64,000 nucleotides of DNA from Selaginella moellendorffii (lineage: Eukaryota > Plantae > Lycopodiophyta). The notes under the pieces were generated by a model. The model worked only from the letters and a program-made list of their open reading frames with translations, searched no databases and had not been told where the DNA came from. The stretch is taken from NCBI RefSeq assembly GCF_000143415.4, contig NW_003314374.1:1-64000 (forward strand), written 5' to 3'. Of the stretch, positions 35,752-48,760 are shown one piece after another; positions within the stretch are counted from its first letter, which is position 1, and every line of letters starts with the position of its first letter. A program made the translations under genes and the position numbers.

Positions 35752-35763
35752 GGAATTAGAGAG

Positions 35764-37299
35764 ATGGGAATGGGGGGCGCCGAGCGGCTAGAATGCATCG
35801 ATCTCTCCTGCCCGGACGTGGAGCGCCTGGCGCAGCAGCTCAGGAAGGTAACGGTCGATCGGTCGGTTTTCGATTTTCGCGTGTGGAAATCTCGTGATAT
35901 AGGCCTGCCTGGAGACGGGGTTCTTCTATGTTGCGAACCACGGGATAAGCGAGGAGTTTATGGCACAGGTGTTTGAGCAGAGCCGGAAATTCTTCACGCT
36001 TCCCTTGGAGGAGAAGATGAAGGTCTACCAGGATGAGAACTTCCGGGGCTACACCCCGATCTTTGACGAGAAACTGGATCCGGCAAAGCAGCGCCTTGGT
36101 AAAGACGTTTGTGTTGTGTGATGCTCATCGTGTTTTCATGTCGAGAACAGGGGATGCGAAGGAAGGGTATTATATTCGACGTGAAGTTTCAGGGAGTGAT
36201 CCCAGAGCGAAGGATCCTTTGCAAGGACCGAATCAATGGCCATCTCCTGGTTTGATTTTCTCTTGGTCCTTCTTCTAAACGTTACTGTGTTTGTTTTTCT
36301 CCAAACTTTGCCAGATACACTCCCAGAATGGAAGCAAACAATGGAAATGTATTTCGACCAGGCCGAGTACGTATATTTCTCTTTTTCTCTTCTTGAACAA
36401 AGAAAGAGACTTTGGCTTGCAGAAAGCTCTCGCGGAAACTAATCAAGCTCATTGCGCTAGCGTTGGAACTAGAAGAATCGTTTTTCGACAAGCCTGGGAT
36501 GTTTGACCACCCCATGGCAGCGGTTCGTTTGCTTCACTATCCAGGTAAGTTAATTGAGATCTTTTGAGAGTTTTTTCCTTTGTCCTCGATACAGCTCAAG
36601 CTTCCGATCCGGAAGAGGGATTTTTTGGTGCTGGTGCGCACAGTGACTATGGAATGCTCACACTTCTCGCCAGCGATGGCGTTCCTGGTCTCCAGGTAGG
36701 TGTACGTGTTCTAATAATAAAAATTATGATCGGCACTTGGAAAGGATAGATTTGCAAGGAGAAGGATGCAAAGGAGCAAGTCTGGACTAATGTCCAGCCA
36801 CTGAAAGGGTGGGTTTGAGGACTAGCTATGAAGCCCACTTACCTGTGGATTTGATGAGCAGGGCATTTATAGTCAACTTGGGAGATATGCTAGAGCGCTG
36901 GACAAACAACCTTTTCAGGTAGAAATATTGAGATTGTTTGAGACTCCGACGTTGGTTCACATTGTCTATCAAGGTCAACATTGCACCGGGTGCTCAACTA
37001 TGGGGTCGAACGCTACTCGGTGAGCAAAATGCTTGACGTGTTTAGAATCGTGATGGATTACTTTCGACAGATTGCTTTCTTCATGGGGCCAAATTTTGAC
37101 TGCATTGTGGAGTGCATTCCAACGTGTTGCAGCGAGCTGAATCCATCAAAGTATGTAGCTAGCTTTCTCCTGGTGGTATTTCTAAGTTTGCTTGCTTTGT
37201 GATAGATTCCCTCCTGCCAAGAGTGGCGACCATCTTTTAGGAAGATATAAAGTCACTCACAAGGATTATGAAGCTGTGGCAAACCGAAAATATAAGTAA
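35764..37299 (+). CDS. 2-oxoglutarate/Fe(II)-dependent dioxygenase (DIOX_N + 2OG-FeII_Oxy), multi-exon, apparently intact
   Basis: CIDLS, GFFYVANHG, GPNQWP, RLLHYP, HSD...H facial triad (AHSDYG, STLHRV), RYS motif; all introns GT-AG. Confidence 0.92.
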
Positions 37300-37379
37300 T
37301 CTATAATACTAAAAACGAATTGTTGGATGTCACTGTTTCATCGGCATTGAACCACAATCTGCTTCCCGCAAGTCTTTCT

Positions 37380-38268
37380 CTTCCGTGCCAATGAAAAGGA
37401 CTGAAACTCTCTTGTTTGAAAGTCCCACTCGTACAGCGAGCGTGAAAAATCTCCAGTGCAAGGAACTCCCCTTTAGCGGATGGCCTGATAACTCATGCTC
37501 TATTTTTCAGTACCTCAAGGAGAACGTCGATGAAAAGCGCACCAAGAGGCCTCTTTCATCTCGAAACTCCTCACCACTGCTGCAGGTTGGAATGGCCGGC
37601 GAGAGAGCCACTTCCGCCGCTATGAACGCGCTCTTGTTCGCTACGCTATCATCCAGAGTGGACCAGCTCTGGATCAAACGCAGTGCTCCATTCCCCGGAT
37701 CATACGAGAGCTGGCTCACGGTGTTTGCGAGCTCGTTGAGCACGTATGCGAATCGCTCGTCGCGGGAGAAGATCATATGCCGAGGACCCGAGCCAGGCTC
37801 AAGTGAAACCTCCGGAGTCGCGGCCTCCAGTCGGGACGTTGAGAACTCGGACGTGGATCTTATCGGTGCCGAGATCACAAACGAAGACCGAGGAGTCCGT
37901 GATGATCTGGTGGGGATGAGGACCGTTTTGCCAGGGATTGTTCCTCGGCCCCGTGAGACCTGGAACCTTGATCAGCGAAACCGGTGGAGATCGCAAACAA
38001 GATCCACTTGCCGCTCCGGGACCGAGCCACAAGGGATGGCGAGACGAGAGAGATGTGGAGAGAAGGAGAATGCCTCGAGAGCGCCACTCTCCACTTCGTT
38101 TACCGCATAGATAACATTGCCCAAGTGGGGATGCCTGGTCAGAAAGGTGGGATTGGTACCTGATGGAAACGAGGCGATCGAGTGGAGCTGATGTTTCTCA
38201 GCCACAAGAATTGGAGAATCTCGTCTGGATGTGATTATGGTCATCAAATATATTGGCACTGAGGCCAC
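37380..38268 (-). pseudogene. Frameshifted 7-bladed beta-propeller lactonase (Pgl/YbhE, 6-phosphogluconolactonase/cycloisomerase type)
   Basis: NPTFL, IYAVNE, PHPHQI, VCDLGTDKI, PGSGPRHMIFS, AYVLNELANTV, AAEVALSP spread over three frames; no introns seen. Confidence 0.8.
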
Positions 38269-40019
38269 TGAAGAATCTATTGCTTAAAAGTTTGTGTTTG
38301 AGAGCGAGTTCCTGAATTGTTTTTATAATGCTAAATAATCAACAACTAAATAATTTAAACTATTGAATGTGCAACTCTCATGACTGCAACGACGAAACTG
38401 CCTGGCCAAAACATACAATAAAAACAAATAAAATGCCTCAACAGAAGAAGAAGATCTAGAAGTTTGATGTTCTTTTTAATTCTGCCAGGGGTCAGCGCTC
38501 GAGCTCTGTTATCAAAAAACCAAGAATCACAATTGCAAGCGAGTTGTTCAGACTTGTTCGCACCATTGATAACTTCTCCTACCCACAAACTTAAGATGCT
38601 GTTAACTTTTCTGAAATAAGATAGACCAACAAAAGTAAGTTCCATCCAGTGCCTATTCATGTTCCTTCATCTTGCTATAATATTAGTGAATTAATGATCG
38701 TAGCATACAGTCCTCTTTGCAAAATAAAGTTCTGGCCCAATTTTTGAGTGAGTAACTTCTTTTTTTCTTGCTTATAATTATTCGATAATTGAGGTGGAAG
38801 AGGTATTTGCAGCATCCAGCCTCCAGAGATGATACATGGATTCTTTCACAACAACTTCAATACGTGTCCTATTGTGTGGTGAGCTCTTCCAAGAACACGG
38901 AAGTATGAAGTAACGGGAGTAATGGTGATCCATGAAGAAAAGACACTTCCATTGCACTGCATTGCATCAGTTCTAATCTTGGAAATGTTAAAATAGGGAG
39001 CACTGGCTGTCAATGTTTTGGGACTACAAATCCATGAGAGATGGCCTTGAGTTGTTTACATGTGGTTTCAATTTATTGAGGGAATGTTCCAGCTTCCTTC
39101 TAGGTCAAGCTAACCATCATGATATGTGAATAAGAGCCTAATAATACCAGGTGTACAGCCAGGATTTTTAGTCATGGAAAGTCTTCATGGATCTCTAGAG
39201 AGTGATTGAAAGAGACCTTAATTTAGGTGACAATGATGGAAATTAGAAAAATGAAGAATAGCAAAAGATGGGATATATTTATGAATGCCTAATGTGTTTA
39301 ATTTCATTTTCAAGAGTAGAAACATGCTTTGTTTAGTAGTATATTATATTTTAAGCAATGAACTCATGCCATTTGTTTCGATACCATACATTTTATATTT
39401 CCCTTTAATCAAACTAAAAAAAATGTAATTGTTTAATGAGAAAGCATATATACCCCTAAAGTTCTAATAGTAACAATATATTCAAATTTCATCCTATGAT
39501 TATATACACTACAATAAATTCAAAAAGAAGAATAAAAACAATTTGTGCAACATTTGTAAGAAGCCAAAACACTAGGCAAGAAATAAAGAAGCCAAGAGAG
39601 CAAAGGGGCAAGAATAGCCAAGAGACAGAGTGGCCAATAGTAAAAAGTCCACCAACTTTACTAGTATGGCAAAGAAGGGTAGCAGGTTGTTCATGGCCAT
39701 AAGCATCTAGAATTAGGCCACTTCCAGGATGAGACAGGTGTAGCTTGATTTAGGGGCAAACAAGCACATGACACACTTTGGAAAGTTTTTCACAACCCTC
39801 AATTCCATAAAATAGAAAGATTTTCCTAGGCTCGAATGAGGTGGAGGGAGTTGTCAAAACTCCATCAGAAACAAGACATTTTTTTCACTAACAAAAATAG
39901 TAAATTATGACTTTTAAGAATGATTTCAGCCTCAGTAGGCAATACTATTGCATGTGGGAGGAGATAAAATGGGCTGTATTGTCTGAATATTGCCAGAGTG
40001 GGCCTACTTTTCAGGACCA

Positions 40020-43000
40020 AAACAAGTACTTCTCAATCTGACTCGGAGCAGGAATTGCCAAGCTCTCAGCCGCCAAATTCTGGGAAAGCAAGAGACAGGC
40101 GCCTTTCTGGGACGCATAAGCAAGTAAAACCTCCAGCTAAAACTGCTTCCGGTTCCGATCCTAGCGAAGAAGAATCGGATACATACTTCAAATAAGGTTA
40201 AGAGGAGCAAGTACTCCCAGGTAAGCTAGTCGGTTGCTTGGACTCGCTCTTTACAGCACGGAGCTCCAGTTGGAGCCGGATGTTGCCCCGGAGATGCAAA
40301 ACGTGGAAGAAACTTTGAAGGGCTCTCAAGGTGGTCAGAAGAAAACAGCGAGCCGAAGAAGCTCGCAGGCCCAAACTCCTCCAGTCATTCAGCAGGATCC
40401 TTCTCCAGTGATGTGATCACTTTGGAGGTGAGCTCTCAAGAAGCAGCACCCGAGGCAGAGAAAGCTCGTAGCGAAACGAAAAGAAAGCGTCCTTCAGCGA
40501 AGCAGAACGCCAAGAGCAGTGAGCAAACTCCGGCTCCAACCCGCACTACTTTCACTCCGGCTCCAACTCCGGCTACTCCTTTTGGCTCCGATTCCTCTCA
40601 TGGAGACGTCAAGTGGTAAGAAGAAGCATAGGTAAATATCTTCTCGGTCTCACCTTTTTTATATTGCGCTCTCTCTGGTTTTTTCCTCGATTTCTTTTGG
40701 CTTTGGTTCTTACAGGTTTAGAGAGCCCGTGGATTGTCCCAAGTAGGATATGCTTTTAGGGGGGACGGTATATCCCCTTTTTGTTTTTGAAAGAGGCATA
40801 TTCGATGTTTCTCAGACCATGATGCTTTGGGGAATTGGAGGGGCGCGAGAGCGGCTAGAATGCATCGATCTCTCCTAACAGCTCAGGAAGGTAACGGTCG
40901 ATCGATCGGTCGGTTTCCGATTTTCGCGTGTGGAAATCTCGTGATTTAGGCCTGCCTGGAGACGGGATTCTTCTATGTTGCGAACCACGGGATAAGCGAG
41001 GAGTTTATGGCAGAGGTGTTTGAGCAGAGCCGGAAATTTTTCACGCTTCCCTTGGAGGAGAAGATGTTCTACCACGATGAGAATTTCCGGGGCTACACCC
41101 CGATCATTGACGAGAAACTGGATCCGGCAAAGCAGCGCCTTGGTACAAACTTTTGTGTTGTGTGATGCTCATCGCGTTTTTCATGTCGAGAACAGGGGAT
41201 GCGAAGGAAGGATATTATATTGAACGCGAAGTTTCAGAAAGTGACAGCGAAGGATCCTTCGCAAGGACCGAATCAATGGGCATCTCCTGGTTTGATTTTC
41301 TTTTGGTCCTTCTTCTAAACGTTACTGTGTTTGTTTTTCTCCAAACTTTGCCAGATACACTCCCAGAATGGAACCATCGGACAATCGGTTTTTAGTATTA
41401 TAGATTACTTACATTTTCGGTTTGCCACAGCTTCATAATCCTTGTGAGTGACTTTATATCTTCCTAAAAGATGGTCGCCACTCTTGACAGGAGGGAATCT
41501 ATCACAAAGCAAGCAAACTTAGAAATACCACCAGGAGAAAGATATCTACATACTTTGATGGATTCAGATCGCTGCAACAAGTTGGAATGTACTCCACAAT
41601 GCAGTCAAAATTTGGCCCCATGAAGAAAGCAATCTGTCGAAAGTAATCCATCACGATTCTAAACACGCCATGCATTTTGCTCATCGGGTAGCGTTAGTTG
41701 AGCACCCAGTGCAATGTTGACCTTGATAGAGAATGTGAACCAATGTCAGAGTCTCAAACAATCTCAATATTTCTACCTGAAAAGGTTGTTTGTCCAGCTC
41801 TCCATCACGATTCTAAACATGTCACGCATTTTGCTTGCTCATCAATCCATATGTAAGTGAACTTCATATTTAGTCCTCAAACCCACTCTTTCAGTGGCTG
41901 GATATTAGCCAGATTCGCTCCTTTGGATCCTTCTTCTTGCACATCTATCATTTCCAAGTGCAGATCATAATTTTTATTATTAGAACACGTACACCTACCT
42001 GGAGACCAGGAACGCCACCACTGGCGAGAAGTGTGAGCATTCCATAGTCACTGTGCACACCAGCACCAAACAATCCCTCTTCCAGATTGGAAGCTTGAGC
42101 TGTATTGAGGACAAAGGAAAAAACTTCCAAACGATTTCAATTAACTTACCTGGATAGAACCAATGCCATGGGGTGGTCAAACATCCCAGGCTTGTCCAAA
42201 ACCAATTCTTCTAGTTCCAACGCTCACTCAATAAGCTTGATTAGTTTCTGCAAGAGCTTTCTGCAAGCCAAAGTCTCTTTTTGGATCAAGAAGAGAAAAA
42301 GAGAAACTTACTCAGCCTAGTCAGATACATTTTCATTGTTTGTTCATTATTTCATCGCATTGAACCACAATCTACTTCCTGCGAGTCTTTCTCTTCCGTG
42401 CATATAAAAAGGACTGAGACTCTCCTGTTTGGAAGTCCCACTCGTACAGCTAGCGTGAGAAGTCTCCAGTGCAAGGAACTCCCGAAAATCCTCTTTAGCA
42501 GATGGCCTGATTACTCGTGCTCTATTTTTCAGTACCTTAAGGAGAACGTCGATGAAAAGTGCACTGAGAGAGCTCTTTCATCTCGAAACTCTTCATTGGT
42601 TTAACCACTGTTGTAGGTTGGAATGGTGAACATGAAGTTTGTAAAAGCCATGAAGAAGGTGTGCCACTTCCATTGCACTACATTGCATTAGTTCTAATCT
42701 TGCAAATGTTAAAACAAGGAGTGCTGGTTATTAATGTTTTTGGATTACAAATCCATGAGAGATGGATATAAGTAACTAAAGAAAACAACTTTCCATAAAT
42801 GTTCAAATATAAAAGGAAAATAATGCATTTTATTTTCCAATCGGTTTAAAGTTTTAATTTTTATGTGATTCCAATTTATTGAGGGAATGTTCTAGCTTCC
42901 GTGAAAGTTGACCATTGTGATTTTTAGCTGGCTTAGCTTTGTTTCTTCCTCATTCTTATATGTCAATAAGAGTCTGGTTGTGCTCAGGTGAGGATTTTTA

Positions 43001-43750
43001 ATCATGGAAAATCATAATTCTACTTCATGGAAAAGGATCTCTAAGGAGTGATTAAGAAAGACTTTAATCCAGGTGACAATAATGCAGATAAAAAAAAAAG
43101 AGTAGGGTGGTTCTAGAACATTTTATGGATGCTTAATATATATGATTTTAATTTTAGGAGTGATATATTATATTTTATATCTTCAAAATTATACCATTTA
43201 TTTTACACTTTATCTTTCCCCTTAATCTAATTGAAAAAAATGTAATTGCGTAATGAGAGGTTATTTTATTCCCATATATACCCTAAAGTTCTAATGATGC
43301 CAATATACTTAAATTTCATCTTATAATCACATACACTACAATGAGCAAGAAACTGAACAACAAGAAATTCATCTGCAACATTTGTAAAAAGCCAAGACAT
43401 TAAGCAAGAGATGAGGAGGCTAAGAGAGTACAGGAGGTAAGAAGAGCTGCAGCTAGCAGAAGAAAGTCCACCAACCTTACTAGTATGGCAAAGAAGGGCA
43501 GTGAAGATGATTGGGATGACTATGGCAGCTTGTTCATGGCCACAAAAATCTAGAAGTAAGCCACTAACTTCCAAGACAAGGCAGGAATAAAGGTTGTGTG
43601 GCTTGATTTAGGGGCAAACAAGCACATGACACACTTTGAAGAGTTTTTCACAACCCTCAATTCCAAAAAATAGAAGGATTTTCCTAGGGGATGATTACTT
43701 CATAAGGTGGAGGGAGCTGGCATGATGGACATCAAAACTCCATCAGGGGA
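40020..43750. repeat. Second unit of a tandem segmental duplication (acidic-protein 3' end, 2OGD, lactonase tail, TE relic)
   Basis: 40020-40800 matches 34700-35740; 42350-42630 matches 37340-37600; 42650-43740 matches 38930-39870. Confidence 0.9.
40845..42345. pseudogene. 2OGD pseudogene with its 3' two-thirds (~41374-42345) inverted
   Basis: Sense up to ...CCAGAATGGAA (41373), then the reverse complement of the remaining exons through the stop codon; deletions in early exons. Confidence 0.9.
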
Positions 43751-43829
43751 TATTGTGAGTATACACATGTTTACTATGTTTCTGACTTAGACATCACTTT
43801 CAAGAAGTAGATGTGCATGATTGCAGACT

Positions 43830-44520
43830 CAGTAGGTTCCAGATGTTTGTTGATAAAAACGAGCTTGGACTCGCTCTTTACAGCACGGAGCGTCCAGTCG
43901 ACCGGTCCCGGAGCCAGACGTTGTCCCGGAGACACAAAACGTGCAAGAAACTTTGACGGGTTCTCAAGAAGAAAACAGTGGGCCGAAGAAGCTCGCAGGC
44001 CCAAACTCCTCCTGTCATTCAGCAGGATCCTTCTCCAGTGATGATCATCACTCCAGAGGGAGTGGTGAGCTCTCAAGAAGCACCGCCAGAGGCAGAGAAA
44101 GCTTGCGGCGAAACGAAAAGAAAGCATCCTTCAGCAAGCACAGCGCCAAAAGCAGCGAGCAAAATCCGGCTCCAATGCGCACTACTTTCACTCCGGCTCC
44201 AACTCTGGCTACTCCTTTGGCTCCGATTTCTCTCATGGAGAGAATGCCAACGTTGAGTGGTAAGAAGAAGCATAGGTAAATATCTTCTCGCTCTCACCTT
44301 TTTTCTATTGCGCTCTCTCTGGTTTTTTCCTCGAAATTTTTTGGCTGGTTCTTTGGATTGTCCATTCTGTGGTAGAACCTATTTCTACCAGACGAGCGTT
44401 TTGGGTGCATAAGAAAGCTTGTGGTTGCGGGAAGTAGGGAGGATATGCTTTTAGGGGTAGGTCTTTTGTTTTTGAAAGAGGTATATTCGATGTTTATCAG
44501 ACCCATTATGCTTTAAGGGT
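43830..44520 (+). pseudogene. Third copy of the acidic/zinc-finger gene 3' end
   Basis: Matches 34985-35750 with frameshifts. Confidence 0.85.
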
Positions 44521-44542
44521 TTTTGTCTGGGAAATTGGAGAG

Positions 44543-46078
44543 ATGGGAGAGGCGGGCGCCGAGCGGCTAGAATGCATCGATCTCTCCTGCCCGGACGTGG
44601 AGCGCCTGGCGCAACAGCTCAGGAAGGTAACGGTCGATCGATCGGTCTGTTTTAGATTTTCGCGTGTGGAAATCTCGTGATTTAGGCCTGCCTGGAGACA
44701 GGGTTCTTCTATGTTGTGAACCACGGGATAAGCGAGGAGTTCATGGCACAGGTGTTTGAGCAGAGCCGAAAATTCTTCACGCTTCCCTTGGAGGAGAAGA
44801 TGAAGGTCTACCAGGATGAGAACTTCCGGGGCTACACCCCGATCTTTGACGAGAAGCTGGATCCGGCAAAGCAACGCCTTGGTAAAGACGTTTGTGTTGT
44901 GTGATGCTCATCGTGTTTTTCATGTCGAGAACAGGGGATGCGAAGGAAGGATATTATATTGGACGCGAAGTTTCAGGGAGTGATCCCAGAGCGAAGGATC
45001 CTTTGCAAGGACCAAATCAATGGCCATCTCCTGGTTTGATTTTCTTTTGGTCCTTCTTCTAAACGTTACTGTGTTTGTTTTTCTCCAAACTTTGCCAGAT
45101 ACACTCCCAGAATGGAAGCAAACAATGAAAATGTATTTCGACCAGGCCGAGTACGTATATTTCTCCTTTTCTCTTCTTGATCCAAAAAGAGACTTTGGCT
45201 TGCAGAAAGCTCTCGCGGAAACTAATCAAGCTTATTGCGCGAGCATTGGAACTAGAAGAATCGTTTTTCGACAAGCCTGGGATGTTTGACCACCCCATGG
45301 CAGTGGTTCGTTTGCTTCACTATCCAGGTAAGTTGCTTGAGGTCTTTGCTTTTCTTTTGCTAGTTGTTTCCTTTCCCCGATACAGCTCAAGCTTCCAATC
45401 CAGAAGAGGGATTGTTTGGTGCTGGTGCGCACAGTGACTATGGCATGCTCACACTTCTCGTGATGGTGTTCCTGGTCTCCAGGTAGGTGTACGTGTTCTA
45501 GCATAAAAAAAACTTTGACCAGCGCTTGGAAACATTAGATTTGCAAGGAGAAAGATGCAAAGGAACAAGTATGGACTAATGTCCAGCCACTGAGAGGGTG
45601 AGTTCGAGGAGTAACTAATGTTCACTTACGTATGGATTTGATGAGCAGGGCATTTGTAGTCAACTTGGGAGATATGCTAGAGCGGTGGACAAATAACCTT
45701 TTCAGGTAAAAACATTGCGATTGTTTTGGTCACATTGTCTATCAAGGTCAACATTGCACCGGGTGCTTAATTATGGGGTCGAGCGCCACTCGGTGAGCAA
45801 AATGCATGAAGTCGTTAGAATCGTGATGGATTTCGATTTCTTTCGACAGATTGCTTTCTTCATGGAGCCAAATTTTGACTGCATTGTGGAGTGCATTCCA
45901 ACTTGTTGTAGCGAGCTGAATCCACCAAAGTATGTAGCCAGCTTTCTCCTGGTGGTATTTCTAAGTTTGTTTGCTTTGTGATAGATTACCTCCTGTCAAG
46001 AGTGGCAACCATCTCTTAGGAAGATATAAAGTCACTCACAAGGATTATGAAGCTGTGGCAAAGCGAAAATTTAAGTAA
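44543..46078 (+). pseudogene. Full-length 2OGD paralog with a 4-nt deletion just after the HSD motif
   Basis: CTCGTGATGGTGTT vs CTCGCCAGCGATGGCGTT in copy 1 (~45460); otherwise co-linear exons. Confidence 0.75.
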
Positions 46079-46284
46079 TGGGAGGATTGTCAGGCACTGA
46101 GTTAGGATAATAAGATAAGAAAAGGCCTTACAATTAAGTGCTTGAAAGAGAAAGTCCAAAACATGAAACAATTCCCAGAGGAAAAGGACAAGCATGCTCT
46201 TTGAAGAATTGACACCAAGAGGTTCTATTATGAACCTCAAGCAACACTTATTATTTTTGACACGATTAAAAAATGATTCAACAA

Positions 46285-46410
46285 CATAAAGAAGTAGAAG
46301 AAGAAGAAGAAGAACAAGAACAAGAAGTAGAAGGAGAAGAACAAAGAGAAGCAGGAGAACAAAAGAAGAAGACTGAAGTATAAATAGGAAGAAACAATAA
46401 AACTCAAGAA
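46285..46410. repeat. Purine-rich (AAG/AAC)n low-complexity tract
   Basis: agaagaagaagaagaacaagaacaagaagtagaaggagaagaac... Confidence 0.8.
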
Positions 46411-46590
46411 AATTAAGCATGGAAGATCAGTAGCGACTAAGACAAACAACAAGTTCCATACCTCTTTTGTTCATCCTTGTTGAGAGGATAAGATGATGTA
46501 GTAGGTGGTTATGCCTACATGGCAGATATTTATAGCAGTTGTATCTATAGAAATACAAGTTTTCCTTGCGCGTCACTCCCTTTGTTTTCA

Positions 46591-48760
46591 TGGTATCAGA
46601 GCTTTGACTTTATTGGGATGACGGTCACTTGAAATTCCAACGGCTATTCAGACGGTATGACTGTAGAAATATCCAGATCGGATCTACAAGATGACGTTGA
46701 GACCATGTAAATATTTATATGGTGAAACTACAAAGTGGTGTTAGGGAGAAAATCCATAACTGCCTCAGAGTTTAACATGGTATTGGAGCCCAGGCAAACA
46801 GTGCTTTGGGGAACTGATGGGGAAGTCTTGGCAAGAGCAAGCAGATCTTGATCACGCACAAGCCACTCTCCAACATGTGAATGATTGATTACAAAAGAGG
46901 ACGTAGGAAAATTGACATTGAGCAGTCAAACACTTCATCGTCCAGCAAGGTTGGCCAGTAGTTGAGACCCTTGCAGCCATGATGACAAGCAAAGCCCTTC
47001 CAATCCAGGTGTTTAGTGGGACTGACTTCGAAAACTGGGTGAAAGAAATTTCATTCATTTTTCTCATGGACAATTGTCTTCAAATTGTCCAGGGAAGAGA
47101 GCTCAAGGCAACAGCCATTGATATCTGACTGGCAAGTGAGGAATGACAAGGCACATAATCCATGAGAATTGGACTTGGAAAGCTTCATCACCACCATCTT
47201 GATTTCACAATAAATTGGACAGCCTTAAGACCATATTTGGCAATCAAGCGAGCAAGGAAACCAAGGAAGTGGAGCTGAAGTCCAAGCTTTTCACGCTTAG
47301 AATGAGACCTGACAAAAATTGTTTTAGGCCGTATGAAGTCCATCCTCTCACAGTTGACTGGCTTAGATGAAGCGGTCAAAGAAGCAGACAACAAGACAGT
47401 CTTATTGAATGCATTGGCGGTACATAAGATGTTGAGGAAAGTCTTGAAAAACTCAACCAAGACATTTGTTGAGATGTAAGCATCATTGCTAAATGATACA
47501 GGCCCAAAAAAATCTGCTAAGCCAGAGCTGCACTCTTTGTAGCTGGCTCAAGTTTAAGATTAGGAAGGAATTCCTCAGGCTGAATATAAATAGTGAAATG
47601 AGGATGACTCCCATGTGCAGTGTTAGACAAAGGCAAATGTCACGAGTCTAAATTAACGCAGGCCTCAAAAGCTGACCCAAGGGAAGGTCAAGGAGATAGT
47701 AGTCTAGCCACAAGCAGTTTCTAGAAGGCTTGTGGTAGGGACAACATTGGTGGCAGTTCAAAGGTCGCAAGTAAGAAGGGCATGTGCAACTATTGCAAGC
47801 GGATAGGACATTATGCAAGAGATTGCAGAGACAAAGCTGCAAACAGGCCAAGAGGAGTGGGCAAGAAGAATGACCAAGCGAGAGCACTAGTTGTCTGAGC
47901 TCCACATGATAGTGAGGATTCGTGTAATCTAGCTCGATTCTGGGGCCACGATGCACATGACCCACATTCAAGAAGCCTTTATGACATACATTCCACAATG
48001 GCTTGTTCGCACTTGATGTAAAAAACTTCTTCTAGTAATTGGTGACGGCACAGTGGAGGTCCAGAAACCAGGAGATCCTAAGCAAGAGCTCATCTACATG
48101 TACTATGCACCAGGGCTGGACACCACTCAAACAATTCCAGTTTGCGATTTATTTTTGATTCAGATATGTGCATCATGTGCTTGATCCTTGAGGGATCTCT
48201 CCTAGAGGGCAAGGTCCAAGCAAGAAAGTAGGCCACCTTGCTCCTCAATAGTGTAGGACGAAAGCCATCGTAGCATATGGTGTTTGATATAAGTTGCTGT
48301 ACAAGCTTGATGCAGAGGTCGTTGTGCTAACTATAGCTCAAGCCTTGGTGCCAGGAAACATGCAACGTTCGCATGAGAGACTGGACACCTCCACGATGGA
48401 GCTGTCAAGACAATTGTTGGCTTGCAGCAAGAAACACACGGACTCACAGGAAATCTCAAGTTTTGTGAGGCATACACTCTCAACAAGAAGACCAGGACGC
48501 CATTCCCACAACAATCAGAAAGTTGAACTACCTGAATGGATGAGCTGCCAATGTGGAAAAGAAACATTCATTTGCTATCTCAAGAAAGCACTCTATAAGC
48601 TGTGGCAATCTCCTAAAGCATGGTATGACCACGTGGACAGGTTTCTCCAACACCTTAGCTTCATCAAAATTTAAGCAAATGGCAACAAAATGGCAACATC
48701 TACATGTTCTCCCCAAAAAGCAGTTTTGCTATACTTGCTCTTTATATGTGGACGACAAAT
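46591..48760 (+). mobile_element. Internally deleted Ty1/Copia relic(s)
   Basis: PBS TGGTATCAGAGC (46591) and TGGTATTGGAGC (46778), each preceded by CA; gag FSGTDFENW; zinc knuckle CNYCKRIGHYARDC (~47785); protease LDSGATMHM (~47932); RT LKKALYKLWQSPKAWY. Confidence 0.88.

Noticed and set aside
46016-46452. Hydrophobic Leu/Phe-rich ORFs resembling membrane proteins
   Set aside because: Translation of the (CTT)n low-complexity tract
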